Below, piece after piece: positions 47,971-57,274 of a DNA stretch of 64,000 nt (the stretch's first letter is position 1; every line of letters begins with the position of its first letter). The notes under the pieces were generated by a model that saw nothing but the letters and a program-made list of their open reading frames with translations, was not told the origin of the DNA and searched no databases. Both the position numbers and the translations under genes were made by a program. The stretch is from Candidatus Rifleibacteriota bacterium (GTDB lineage Bacteria > Muiribacteriota > Ozemobacteria > Ozemobacterales > Ozemobacteraceae), in NCBI GenBank assembly GCA_017417215.1, contig JAFPZP010000107.1, positions 5,584 to 69,583 of the forward strand. The letters are read 5' to 3'.

Positions 47971-48120
47971 ATTGCCTTAATGATTTTCTTGTTTTCGTAT
48001 AAGTTCTGAAAGGGCATTACTTTAAACGAAAAACTAATATACTCACGGAACTACTCTCTGATTGAAATAAATAAAGTTTTCGATTGCCCTGGTTTGAATA
48101 AACTTAGAAATAGGGAAAAT

Positions 48121-48153
48121 AAAAAGCCCTCTAATATATATTAGAGGGCTTTT
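48121..48153. terminator. Bidirectional intrinsic terminator
   Basis: AAAAGCCCTCTAATA-TA-TATTAGAGGGCTTTT between convergent genes. Confidence 0.85.
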
Positions 48154-48170
48154 ATATCTCTATAGATTAA

Positions 48171-48902
48171 TTACTTATTAGCTGTAACTTCTTTATAGAT
48201 TTTGTAAGCTGCTTGATATTCTTGGTAAGCTTTATTGATTTCTTCACTGTTGGCACCATCACGAGCAGCAGTAACATATTTCTGATAAGCTGTTTCATAA
48301 TTTGAAGTAGCTTCTGCAACACTCATTTCAGAAGAACTTAAAGCAACTTCACCTTTAACTTCTGTTTTACTGTTATTAGCAACAGGAATGCTGTCTGAAA
48401 GTTCAACTTTATCGTTGCCAATAGAAACAGAATCATTGGCTTCTTTAACATCTGATGGAGCAAAAACTACACCACCAGTAATTGAATTGTCTAGTTTCTT
48501 TACTAATCTATAAGCAACTTTACCTAATAAACCGCCTACGAATACACCAGCAACCATACCAACTGGACCGCTAGAAGCTAATGCAGCATAACCAACAGCA
48601 GCACCAGCCAAAGTAGCTACGTTGGAGAGACCACCAGCAGCGTAATTGGCAAGAACACCACCGACAACATAACCAATAATACCACCAGCTATAGTGCCTA
48701 ATGGTGGGCAGAAAGCAGAACCTAAAGAAGCACCAGCAACAGCTCCACCTATATTACCCAATATTTTTGCATATGGTTTAACGAAGTTAAGGACACTACC
48801 AAGAACCCCAGCTCTTGCAGTCATAGGAGTAAACATTGCGAATACGAAAGAAACTATTAGGATATATGCAATACTTCTATTGCGAGATAACTTATGGATC
48901 AT
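48171..48902 (-). CDS. Exported glycine-zipper protein
   Basis: GGAGG SD; signal peptide ARA; several GxxxG/AxxxG hydrophobic helices; Tyr/Ala-rich C-terminal helical hairpin. Confidence 0.8.
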   Translation of the reverse strand: MIHKLSRNRSIAYILIVSFVFAMFTPMTARAGVLGSVLNFVKPYAKILGNIGGAVAGASLGSAFCPPLGTIAGGIIGYVVGGVLANYAAGGLSNVATLAGAAVGYAALASSGPVGMVAGVFVGGLLGKVAYRLVKKLDNSITGGVVFAPSDVKEANDSVSIGNDKVELSDSIPVANNSKTEVKGEVALSSSEMSVAEATSNYETAYQKYVTAARDGANSEEINKAYQEYQAAYKIYKEVTANK

Positions 48903-49077
48903 GGTATGACCTCCGATACTTGTAAACTTATAATTTTATTATACAGAAAATAATTATAAACCGCAAGACGTTTAATAGTTTTCAATGTTTTTTCTTGTAC
49001 ACACTCTGCTGTAAGTTCGTAATATTAGGAATCTTGCTAGATTAAAAAACCTAAACGATTAACATGGCAATCATTTC

Positions 49078-49107
49078 TTGCTTTTTGAAATATTGTTAGT
49101 ATATAAT
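49078..49107 (+). promoter_or_regulatory. Putative sigma70 promoter
   Basis: TTGCTT-18-TATAAT upstream of the oxidoreductase. Confidence 0.45.
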
Positions 49108-49156
49108 TCACGCATTGGAAATGTAGATAACTATCACTTATTAAGGAAAATATTCA

Positions 49157-50716
49157 ATGTTAAATATCGTTATTATTGGTGCTGGTCCTGCTGGTTTGAC
49201 TTCTGCTTATGAATTGTTAAAGAATAATCCAGATAAATATAATGTTACAATCGTCGAAGCTGAAAACAAAATTGGTGGTTTGTCAGCAACTATACATTAC
49301 GGTAAAAACCAATATGATATAGGACCTCATCGATTTTTCTCAAAAGATGATTCTGTTATGCAATTATGGAATGAAGTATTGCCTTTTCAGGGATATCCTT
49401 CATTTGATGATAAAATGCTAGGCAATGAGAAAAACTTATATGCGAATGGAGCCAATCCAGAAGAATCAGATGAAGTAATGCTTCTTAGAAATAGAATATC
49501 TAGAATTTTTTATAAGAAGTCATTTTTTGATTATCCAGTAAAAATGAATTATAACACTATCGTAAATCTCGGTCTTCTCACAATGCTGAGGGCTGGTTTT
49601 AGTTATTTATATTCCTCTGTTCATAAATTGCCGGAAAACAGCCTTGAAGATTTTTATATAAACAGATTTGGTAAAGTTTTATATTCTATATTCTTTGAAG
49701 GTTATACCGAAAAACTTTGGGGAAGACATCCAAGAGACATCTCTGCTGAATGGGGTGCTCAAAGAGTAAAAGGGCTTTCTATTTATGCTGTTTTAAAGGA
49801 TTGTTTTAAGAAAATATTAGGTAGAAAGAATAATAAGAATTCAGAAACTTCCTTGATAGAAGAATTCTGGTATCCTAAGCTGGGCTCTGGACAATATTGG
49901 GAAACTCTTGCAAAGAAAATCAAGGAAAATAATGGCAGAATTTTATTAGGTCATGAAGTTAAACAGATAAAAACAGAAGGTAATAAGTTTACATCTGTTA
50001 TTTGTAATACAAGTGACGGCGAAGTAGAAATAAAAGGCGATTATTTTATTTCTTCAATGCCAATAAAAGATTTAATAGCTGGTATTAATGATGTAAATGA
50101 TAACGTTAAGCGAATTGCTAGTGGTCTACCTTATAGAGATTTAGTAGCTATAGGCTTATCTATGAAAAAATTAAATATTAAAAATACTACAAATGTTAGA
50201 ACTCTTGGAAACATAGTTCCTGACAGTTGGATTTACATACAATATCCTGATGTAAAAATAGGTAGAGTTAGTATATTTAATAATTTCTCTCCTTATATTA
50301 TAGAAAATTCTGTAGATGTGGTTTCTTTATGTGTTGAATATTTCTGCTCTGAAGGAGATAGTTTCTGGAATTTAGATAGTAAAGACTGTATAGAATTTGC
50401 TATTAAAGAATTGGAAAAAATAGGAATTATAAGTAAAGAAAATGTTTTAGACAGTCATGTGGAAAAAGTTAAAAAAGCTTATCCTGCTTATTTTGATACT
50501 TATAGTGAATTCGATACTGTTAAAAGCTATTTGAATGAGTTTGAAAATCTGTTGTGTGTTGGAAGAAATGGACAACATAAATACAACAACATGGATCATT
50601 CTATGCTGACAGGTATTAAAGCTGCAGAAAGTATAATTTCTAATTCTCTAAATAAAACAGAATTATGGAACGTTAACACTGAAAAGGTTTACCATGAAGA
50701 AAAAACAAATAACTGA
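49157..50716 (+). CDS. FAD-dependent oxidoreductase (HemY/UDP-galactopyranose mutase-like, glycan-locus type)
   Basis: [43 protein letters not shown]. Confidence 0.85.
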   Translation: MLNIVIIGAGPAGLTSAYELLKNNPDKYNVTIVEAENKIGGLSATIHYGKNQYDIGPHRFFSKDDSVMQLWNEVLPFQGYPSFDDKMLGNEKNLYANGANPEESDEVMLLRNRISRIFYKKSFFDYPVKMNYNTIVNLGLLTMLRAGFSYLYSSVHKLPENSLEDFYINRFGKVLYSIFFEGYTEKLWGRHPRDISAEWGAQRVKGLSIYAVLKDCFKKILGRKNNKNSETSLIEEFWYPKLGSGQYWETLAKKIKENNGRILLGHEVKQIKTEGNKFTSVICNTSDGEVEIKGDYFISSMPIKDLIAGINDVNDNVKRIASGLPYRDLVAIGLSMKKLNIKNTTNVRTLGNIVPDSWIYIQYPDVKIGRVSIFNNFSPYIIENSVDVVSLCVEYFCSEGDSFWNLDSKDCIEFAIKELEKIGIISKENVLDSHVEKVKKAYPAYFDTYSEFDTVKSYLNEFENLLCVGRNGQHKYNNMDHSMLTGIKAAESIISNSLNKTELWNVNTEKVYHEEKTNN

Positions 50717-52424
50717 GTTTATAATTACATCCTTAGCGAAATATCCGTATATTATAGCTTTTCTTATTTGTTTATTCATTAATCCCTTTTTTTATTGTTC
50801 TACAAAATTTATTCCTTATAACACAGTTAATATAATCGCTATATCATTGATAACGATTTTTACAGCTGTTTGTTATAATAAATACAAGTCAAAAGAAATA
50901 AAACTTGAGAGGTTTTTGTTTCTTTCCGGCTTTTTTTGCTTTTCTTTTCTTGTTCTGGCTTTTCTGTATAATGTTGCACCCAATAAAGAGTTATGCTTCT
51001 TTTTAGGTTTTTGTTGTTTACTGATAACCTTATTTTATTATGCAGATAAAACAAAATATAAATTTCAATTGATATGTTTGCTGATTATAGGAATAAGTTT
51101 TGGCTTATATGTTTCTTATGTAATGAGTGTGTCTGTTGTTCAGATGCAACATGATGTTTGGAGTACCAGTGTTGTAGATGGAAAGACAGTTCTAAGTGGA
51201 CATTGTGGTTATATTAAATATTTACAGCTTGAATATCGGCTTCCAGATTGTGATGTGAGTAAGGTATGGCAATATGCTCATCCTCCGTTACATCATATTT
51301 TTTCTGCTATTTGGCTTGAAATTAACGAAAAAGTATTTAATATCAAGGATTTTATTGCCTTAGAAAGTTTACAGATTTTAACTCTGTTCTATGTTCTCTG
51401 TATAATTATTTCTTCATATAAAATATTTAGATTTTTTAAACTTGATGGGATCCCTTTTTATAGTGCTTTGACCATAACTAGCTTTTGCCCGTCTTTTATT
51501 ATGTTAACTGGGAGCATAAATAATGATGCTTTATCTGTTGCTTTTACAGCAGGAACAATGCTTAATGCTTTGTATTGGAAAAAGGAACAGAATGTTAGAA
51601 ATATGGTTAACTTGGCATTATGTTTTGGTTTGGGAATAATGTCAAAAATTTCTGTAGGTATGCTGGCTCCTGCTTTGTTTATTCTTTTTGTTTCTACATT
51701 TTTTAAAAGCCAGAATAAAAAGGATTTAGGTAAGCAGTTTGCTATATTTTTACTTATAAGTGTGCCGTTAGGAACATGGTTTAATATAAGAAACTATATA
51801 AATTACAAAGTTCCTTTTACTTTTGTACATCATATGGATTCAATACCAAATTTTAAACCTCAATATGTTGGAAATATTAATTATATTGACAGAATCACCG
51901 ATTTTTCATCTAATCAATTTGATTCAGTATTTGTTCAGAATGTACAATTAGGTTCTTCTAGAAATGATTATAACCCTATATTAACTTTGCTTAAATGTGC
52001 TTTATTTGATGAATATATTAATGATGTTACATTTGAACTTTTTCCAATTGTAGACAAAGTTTGTGTGTGCTTTTATATAACATTTATAATTATTACTATT
52101 CTTTCTGTTTTTTCAATGTTTTATTCAACAATACAATATTTAAAACAGAAGATTTACATTGATGAAATAATCTTTATGCTCGTATATTTTATTACATTGA
52201 TGTTATGTATATATAAACATTCATATGATATACCTTATGTTGCTGCTATGAATTTTAGATATATTACTCCAACTATTATAATTACACAGCTCTTTTGGGG
52301 AATGTTTAATCAAAATTCCAACTTGCTGCAGCTAAGAAATAGAAATACTATTTCTGGGGTTTTGGCTATAGTATTTGCTTTGTGTTCTACAATCGTTTTT
52401 TCTACTTTTAATATGATTCTATAA
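50694..52424 (+). CDS. GT-C fold membrane glycosyltransferase (PMT/ArnT-like)
   Basis: Polytopic; [25 protein letters not shown] motifs. Confidence 0.8.
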   Translation: MKKKQITEFIITSLAKYPYIIAFLICLFINPFFYCSTKFIPYNTVNIIAISLITIFTAVCYNKYKSKEIKLERFLFLSGFFCFSFLVLAFLYNVAPNKELCFFLGFCCLLITLFYYADKTKYKFQLICLLIIGISFGLYVSYVMSVSVVQMQHDVWSTSVVDGKTVLSGHCGYIKYLQLEYRLPDCDVSKVWQYAHPPLHHIFSAIWLEINEKVFNIKDFIALESLQILTLFYVLCIIISSYKIFRFFKLDGIPFYSALTITSFCPSFIMLTGSINNDALSVAFTAGTMLNALYWKKEQNVRNMVNLALCFGLGIMSKISVGMLAPALFILFVSTFFKSQNKKDLGKQFAIFLLISVPLGTWFNIRNYINYKVPFTFVHHMDSIPNFKPQYVGNINYIDRITDFSSNQFDSVFVQNVQLGSSRNDYNPILTLLKCALFDEYINDVTFELFPIVDKVCVCFYITFIIITILSVFSMFYSTIQYLKQKIYIDEIIFMLVYFITLMLCIYKHSYDIPYVAAMNFRYITPTIIITQLFWGMFNQNSNLLQLRNRNTISGVLAIVFALCSTIVFSTFNMIL

Positions 52425-52452
52425 TAAAAGGTTGATAGGAATAATTCTAGTC

Positions 52453-53127
52453 TTAGTCTGCTGAATTTTCTAAGATTTCTTCTCCAAATGCACTGGGGCT
52501 ATAATTGGTTTTATTTACCGATAATGGAGAGCGTTCTATTCTAATAGCACGAATATTAGCATTGTGAGCCTGTGTTATATCTGAGTCTGAATCACCATAA
52601 AAGAGTTCTATGTTGTTTTCTTTAATGAATTTCGTTTTTGGTGTGTTTCCAGAAAAAATAGTCTTAGGCTGGTTTGTGAGTTTAAACGCTTTATGTAAGC
52701 ATTTGGTAAGAATTTCTTCTCCTTCTGGTTGTACTCTTGCTGTAATAAAAAAAATACGGTCTCCTCTTTTTTTATGCATTTCAAGGAGCTTAATTGCTGA
52801 GTTTTTGGGCATACTAAAAATGTCGTATTTGCAGCTTAAATCATTCCAAAATCTCTGGCTTCTGAAGATTTCGTTTTCGTATAGGTTTTTTCCATCTGGT
52901 CCATCATTATTGTTCATAATATAATAGAGACCTGGAGATGAAAAAAATACAGTATCATCAACATCTAATCCTATTGTGATTGGGTGTTGGGGTAAAGAAG
53001 CTTCTATGTCTTCAACGCTAACCCATCTTGTTGAAGAATTTGGAACATGGTTGCGTATTATTAATAGGATTAGAATAATAATCAATATTATTAATACAGC
53101 AATTTTGTTTTTATATGTTTTTTTCAT
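52453..53127 (-). CDS. aphA: Class B acid phosphatase (HAD)
   Basis: GLDVDDTVFFSSPG, FSMPK, FFITAR, FYGDSDSDI, IRIER. Confidence 0.9.
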   Translation of the reverse strand: MKKTYKNKIAVLIILIIILILLIIRNHVPNSSTRWVSVEDIEASLPQHPITIGLDVDDTVFFSSPGLYYIMNNNDGPDGKNLYENEIFRSQRFWNDLSCKYDIFSMPKNSAIKLLEMHKKRGDRIFFITARVQPEGEEILTKCLHKAFKLTNQPKTIFSGNTPKTKFIKENNIELFYGDSDSDITQAHNANIRAIRIERSPLSVNKTNYSPSAFGEEILENSAD

Positions 53128-53149
53128 ATAAAAATAAAAGTATGATTAA

Positions 53150-54901
53150 TTATTCATGCAAATAGCCTTGAATTGATTTTTCGCTATCGGAATTGTCAAA
53201 TTCAAATATTACAAGATAATGCTTTTTGTTTTTTATAACATCCAGCTGTTCATCTTTAAAATGCCATTTGTTATCTTCTTCTCTGCCGACTATTCTTGTT
53301 GATGTGAGTATGTTCATTTCTGGAAGGGCAACCAGATACATATTAGCACTGACAACCCAGTCTTCTGCTTTATTTGCATATATTTCTGCAACAAATTCGC
53401 CTGGTTCTCTTTCTATTTCGTCTTCTTCTGGTTTTTCTTCTTTGTTGCCACGTTTCTTGGGCTTTCTGATAACCTTAACTTTTCCTTTTTTATATTTTAA
53501 GTCAAGAGTCCAGGGTTTTCCAAGGAAGTTTCTTACAAAGCTTTGACCTTCGTGATTAACTCGGCTGGTATTGAATTCAGAATCTTCGTCCATAACATAT
53601 CTGGCAATCAAATAACCAAGTTTGTTCTTTTGAAGAATATTCAGATATTTATTATCAGATAAAGAAATTAAATCTTCTATGCAGTCATCTGTAAGCTGTT
53701 CACCTGAATAGAGCAGGGCTTCGATTCTAAGAAGCTTTGCAGAAACACGATTAGTGTTAGACATTACGCTTTTTCCGTTAATGACATTAAGAATATTTAA
53801 AGCTTTCTTAAAATTACCATTATAAAATTCTATAACAGCTTTGTTGTATTCTAAGTCACCAGGTAGTTGTCTAGGAAATGTCAACGAAGCATCTGAATAG
53901 GTTTCATTGGAAAATGGTCCACCAAGTTTTTTAAGCATTGCAGCAGCAATTTTGGCTTCCATGTCGTAGTTGTCTTTTTTAGTGGTTTCGTAAAGCTTTT
54001 TATAAATACCTTCCAAAAGCCAGATTGATTCGTCAACCATAGGATAGTCAACTGGAGAAACTACTTTAAATCTATTGAGAGTTTCAGCAGCTTTTTCATA
54101 CATTCCCATTGAGGCTAAAACCAGTGCCTTCATGTGTACCCACTGGTAATCATATTTTTCGTTTGCTCCAGATATAGGTATAATAGGAGCAAAATTAAAC
54201 TCAGAAAGAATTCCATAAGCATCGGCAGCCATTCCACCTAAAGAAAGACACTCTATTAATTTGAGCTTGACTTCTCGGTCTGTTTGAGGCATTCCAAAAA
54301 GTTTGAATTCTCCTTTGTAAGCAGGAGCAATGCCTAAGCATCTTCTGAAAGATGTAATAGCTTCGTCTAAGCTTTCCTGTCTTTCACGACTTTGCTGAGT
54401 AAGCATTTTCTGGGTATAATAAATGCCTTTTATATAGTTTAAATCAGCTAATACAGCTTTGGTTTTAAATGTGGAATTTGTTAATCTAAGCCATTTTTTA
54501 GCTGTTCTAAGAGTTTCTTTTATTTCTTTTGTGTTTATTGTATAGAAAGGTTCAGGTCTGTTGGCAACGTATTCTCCCTTCATCAAGGCATTCTGGTATT
54601 GTTTCCTTGCCTTCATTGTATGCAAAAGAGTGAGATACATTCTTGACTTATCGATTGTTTCAGATTTTTTTGCATTCTTTTCAGCATTTTCTAGAATTCT
54701 GATTATTTCATCAAGGTCTCTTATTTCATAATCCCGTTCGTCCATTGTTTCAAACTGTTCTTTTGCTGAAGCTAAGTATTGTTCAGGGGTTATGCTTATA
54801 AGACCGGTAGCTCCGCCAGAACAGCCTGATAGACTTATAGATATGAATATGGCAGCAAATACGTATATTCCTACCATAAGAATACTTTTAAAAATTTTCA
54901 T
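53150..54901 (-). CDS. Large helical (TPR-like) lipoprotein
   Basis: Lipobox LSGC; TPR-like helices; beta-rich C-terminus. Confidence 0.75.
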   Translation of the reverse strand: MKIFKSILMVGIYVFAAIFISISLSGCSGGATGLISITPEQYLASAKEQFETMDERDYEIRDLDEIIRILENAEKNAKKSETIDKSRMYLTLLHTMKARKQYQNALMKGEYVANRPEPFYTINTKEIKETLRTAKKWLRLTNSTFKTKAVLADLNYIKGIYYTQKMLTQQSRERQESLDEAITSFRRCLGIAPAYKGEFKLFGMPQTDREVKLKLIECLSLGGMAADAYGILSEFNFAPIIPISGANEKYDYQWVHMKALVLASMGMYEKAAETLNRFKVVSPVDYPMVDESIWLLEGIYKKLYETTKKDNYDMEAKIAAAMLKKLGGPFSNETYSDASLTFPRQLPGDLEYNKAVIEFYNGNFKKALNILNVINGKSVMSNTNRVSAKLLRIEALLYSGEQLTDDCIEDLISLSDNKYLNILQKNKLGYLIARYVMDEDSEFNTSRVNHEGQSFVRNFLGKPWTLDLKYKKGKVKVIRKPKKRGNKEEKPEEDEIEREPGEFVAEIYANKAEDWVVSANMYLVALPEMNILTSTRIVGREEDNKWHFKDEQLDVIKNKKHYLVIFEFDNSDSEKSIQGYLHE

Positions 54902-54961
54902 TTGTTTGCCCTTTTTGAGGTTTATAAAGAGATTATTGCTTTATAACCTTTCTATAATATA

Positions 54962-57076
54962 TTAGAAATTTTTCAGTTTAATAGAAACTCTACCTTTGCT
55001 ATAACCGCTGTCTGCTGGTTTATCAAAGAAGATAATGAAGTTCTGCTGAATGAGTTTGTCAACCAATTCTTCAATTTTACTGAATCTATAACGGTCGTCA
55101 TCGTATTTTGGACCTAATTCAATAAATTTGTTGTCTTCAATGAAGAATAGATATTGAATAACCGAGAAAATACCTTCTGGAGCGTCACGGTTTTTATCAA
55201 GATAGAGGTTTACAACGTCAACTTTTGGAATACGGGTGGTATCTTTACCCATTTCTTCCGCTTTATGTTGAAGCTGTTGGTAAAGTTCATAGGTATCGCC
55301 CCAGTCTTTAGCCTGTATCATAGCGCAGTCCAAGTCATATTCAAGGTCGCCTGAACCTTTGCAGTGATACATTGTTGGTCGTTCTGCGTCGTTTGAAGCA
55401 TCTATCAGACAGCCTTCTTTAGATAGAGAGCTGATCGTCATAATCGGGTTATTCAATTCGATGCTTAACCCTTTTAATTCTGTAGATATTTCTTCTACTT
55501 TGAATTTTTCATCCATGTAGTTGCGTGACAAAGGCATTTTCTGGATGTAATCGACGAAAATCATTATGTCGTTGGTGTTGAAATCCTGCATTACATTGTA
55601 AGCATAAGAACGGATTCTATCTATGGTGTCTTCTTTGGTTGCTTCAATTATGTAGAAATAGTTCATGTATTCCTGCATTCTTTTCCAACCGCCGGAAAAC
55701 TTTGCGTCGCTGATTAAATCTGATCTTATCTTCTTACGTTGAAGCATATCTGGGTTTAATCTGCTTTCTTTTGCCAAAAGACGATAGGTAAGATTCTTCT
55801 TGGTTTGTTCATATGTAAAGAACAGAACAGGAATTTTATTCAGTGTTGCTACTCTTGTTGCTAATTCAAGAGTAAATGTTGTTTTACCTCGTCTTGGAGC
55901 ACCTGCTATGGCATACATAAAACCTTTTCTGAAGCCAGAAACAGCCTGACATAGGTAATGCATTGGTTCAAAAGAATAGCCGATAATGTCTATTTCACCG
56001 CTGATTTCTCGTTGGTCGATATCGTTGATGATATCGCGCATTTCTTCTTTAACCAGATTAATTCGCTTGGTTGTGCGTGATTTTTGTATATCTCTGACGT
56101 CTTGAATAACTCTATTGGTAAAGGTTTCTATTGATAAGCTGTTGTCTGTAGGTGGCTTTTCTACATAACCGCTTATGTTTTGAGCGACTTCTTTGAGTTT
56201 TCTCTTTAATGCTTGTTCCTTCAATAGATCAAGATAATTTAATGCTTGTTCTGTGCTTGGTGGAACTGTTTCAGCTATTTTATCAAGCAATCTGGTGGCA
56301 AGATCGTCAAATATATTCATTTGACGCAGTTTATTCTTGAGAATAATTTTATCTACTTTTGAAGCAGAGCTGCTTTCTTCTCTTAAAGCAAGAATTGCTT
56401 GGAAAATACTTCTGGTATGGTGATTTGAAAATAGACCAACCATTAATCCTTTGCCTTTTAGGGTTTCCAAGACATACTGGTCTTTCATTATTCCTGCTAG
56501 AACAGTTACTTCAAGTTCTTCGTCACCAAAACCTGTTGCTGGAGAATTAAATACTCTTTCTTGAAGTTTTCTTGCTTCTTCTTCTGTATCTTGATTGATT
56601 TTGCTACTGTTGCTTGGACCGACCATCGCGTCTAGTGCTGCTGCACTTATGCTAGGATCTGGACCGCGGTAATTGTTTGGCATAGTAGCGGTCGTAGAAG
56701 ATGGGTTTGAAAACATTTGGGTTTGTGGCTGTGGCTGTGGCGCAACTGCCTGATATGCTTGAGGCTGGTTTGTATTTAAATTAGTCTGAGGAGGTGTCTG
56801 AACTGCTGCAGTTGGTCTTGGAGCTTGTGGAGTTTGAGGAACAGCGCCAGAAACAGCAGGCTGTTGTTGAACCTGTGGCTGAATCGGAGTCTGAATGGGC
56901 TGTGGGCGTGGTTGCTGCTGTTGTGAAGGCGGAGTTGGAAAAGAGTTTCTTAGAAGACTGTTTAAAGAAAAACCGCTTGATTGGCGTTGTTGCTGCCCAC
57001 CTTGACGTTTCTGGGCACATTGTTGACAAATTGTTCCGTTAGGAATAGGGGTATTACAATATTGGCAGTTAGGCAT
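54962..57076 (-). CDS. Atypical DnaB-family (SF4) helicase with N-terminal Zn finger and Q/P-rich extension
   Basis: CQYC..CQQC; low-complexity ~140 aa; DnaB-N-like domain; GAPRRGKT, FTYEQ, FVDYIQ, LKGLSIEL, GSGDLEYDLD, KNRD. Confidence 0.85.
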   Translation of the reverse strand: MPNCQYCNTPIPNGTICQQCAQKRQGGQQQRQSSGFSLNSLLRNSFPTPPSQQQQPRPQPIQTPIQPQVQQQPAVSGAVPQTPQAPRPTAAVQTPPQTNLNTNQPQAYQAVAPQPQPQTQMFSNPSSTTATMPNNYRGPDPSISAAALDAMVGPSNSSKINQDTEEEARKLQERVFNSPATGFGDEELEVTVLAGIMKDQYVLETLKGKGLMVGLFSNHHTRSIFQAILALREESSSASKVDKIILKNKLRQMNIFDDLATRLLDKIAETVPPSTEQALNYLDLLKEQALKRKLKEVAQNISGYVEKPPTDNSLSIETFTNRVIQDVRDIQKSRTTKRINLVKEEMRDIINDIDQREISGEIDIIGYSFEPMHYLCQAVSGFRKGFMYAIAGAPRRGKTTFTLELATRVATLNKIPVLFFTYEQTKKNLTYRLLAKESRLNPDMLQRKKIRSDLISDAKFSGGWKRMQEYMNYFYIIEATKEDTIDRIRSYAYNVMQDFNTNDIMIFVDYIQKMPLSRNYMDEKFKVEEISTELKGLSIELNNPIMTISSLSKEGCLIDASNDAERPTMYHCKGSGDLEYDLDCAMIQAKDWGDTYELYQQLQHKAEEMGKDTTRIPKVDVVNLYLDKNRDAPEGIFSVIQYLFFIEDNKFIELGPKYDDDRYRFSKIEELVDKLIQQNFIIFFDKPADSGYSKGRVSIKLKNF

Positions 57077-57206
57077 AAGCTTTAGACTACTCCGACTATT
57101 ATTTTTTTATTTTTCCATTGTACTATGTTTTATTAGGCAAACGCAAATGTTTTTCTTTATTAATCATTGGTTTGTAAACTGAAATAACATTGTCTTTGTC
57201 TTGCTA

Positions 57207-57235
57207 TTGACAATAGAGGAAAAACAATGTACCAT
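57207..57235 (+). promoter_or_regulatory. Sigma70 promoter of the bamA operon
   Basis: TTGACA-17-TACCAT, then AGGAG SD before ATG 57275. Confidence 0.6.
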
Positions 57236-57274
57236 CTTACCATCTATATTGAATTGTATTTGAAGTAGGAGCTT

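Noticed and set aside
49157-50716. hemY/hemG assignment
   Set aside because: Context is a glycosyltransferase, and the motifs (GPHRFF, YNNMDHS) fit the glycan-locus flavoenzyme group; no haem genes are nearby.
54962-57076. Labelling as canonical dnaB or as a prophage helicase
   Set aside because: Key motifs diverge and there is no rplI, primase or phage context, so the symbol is withheld.
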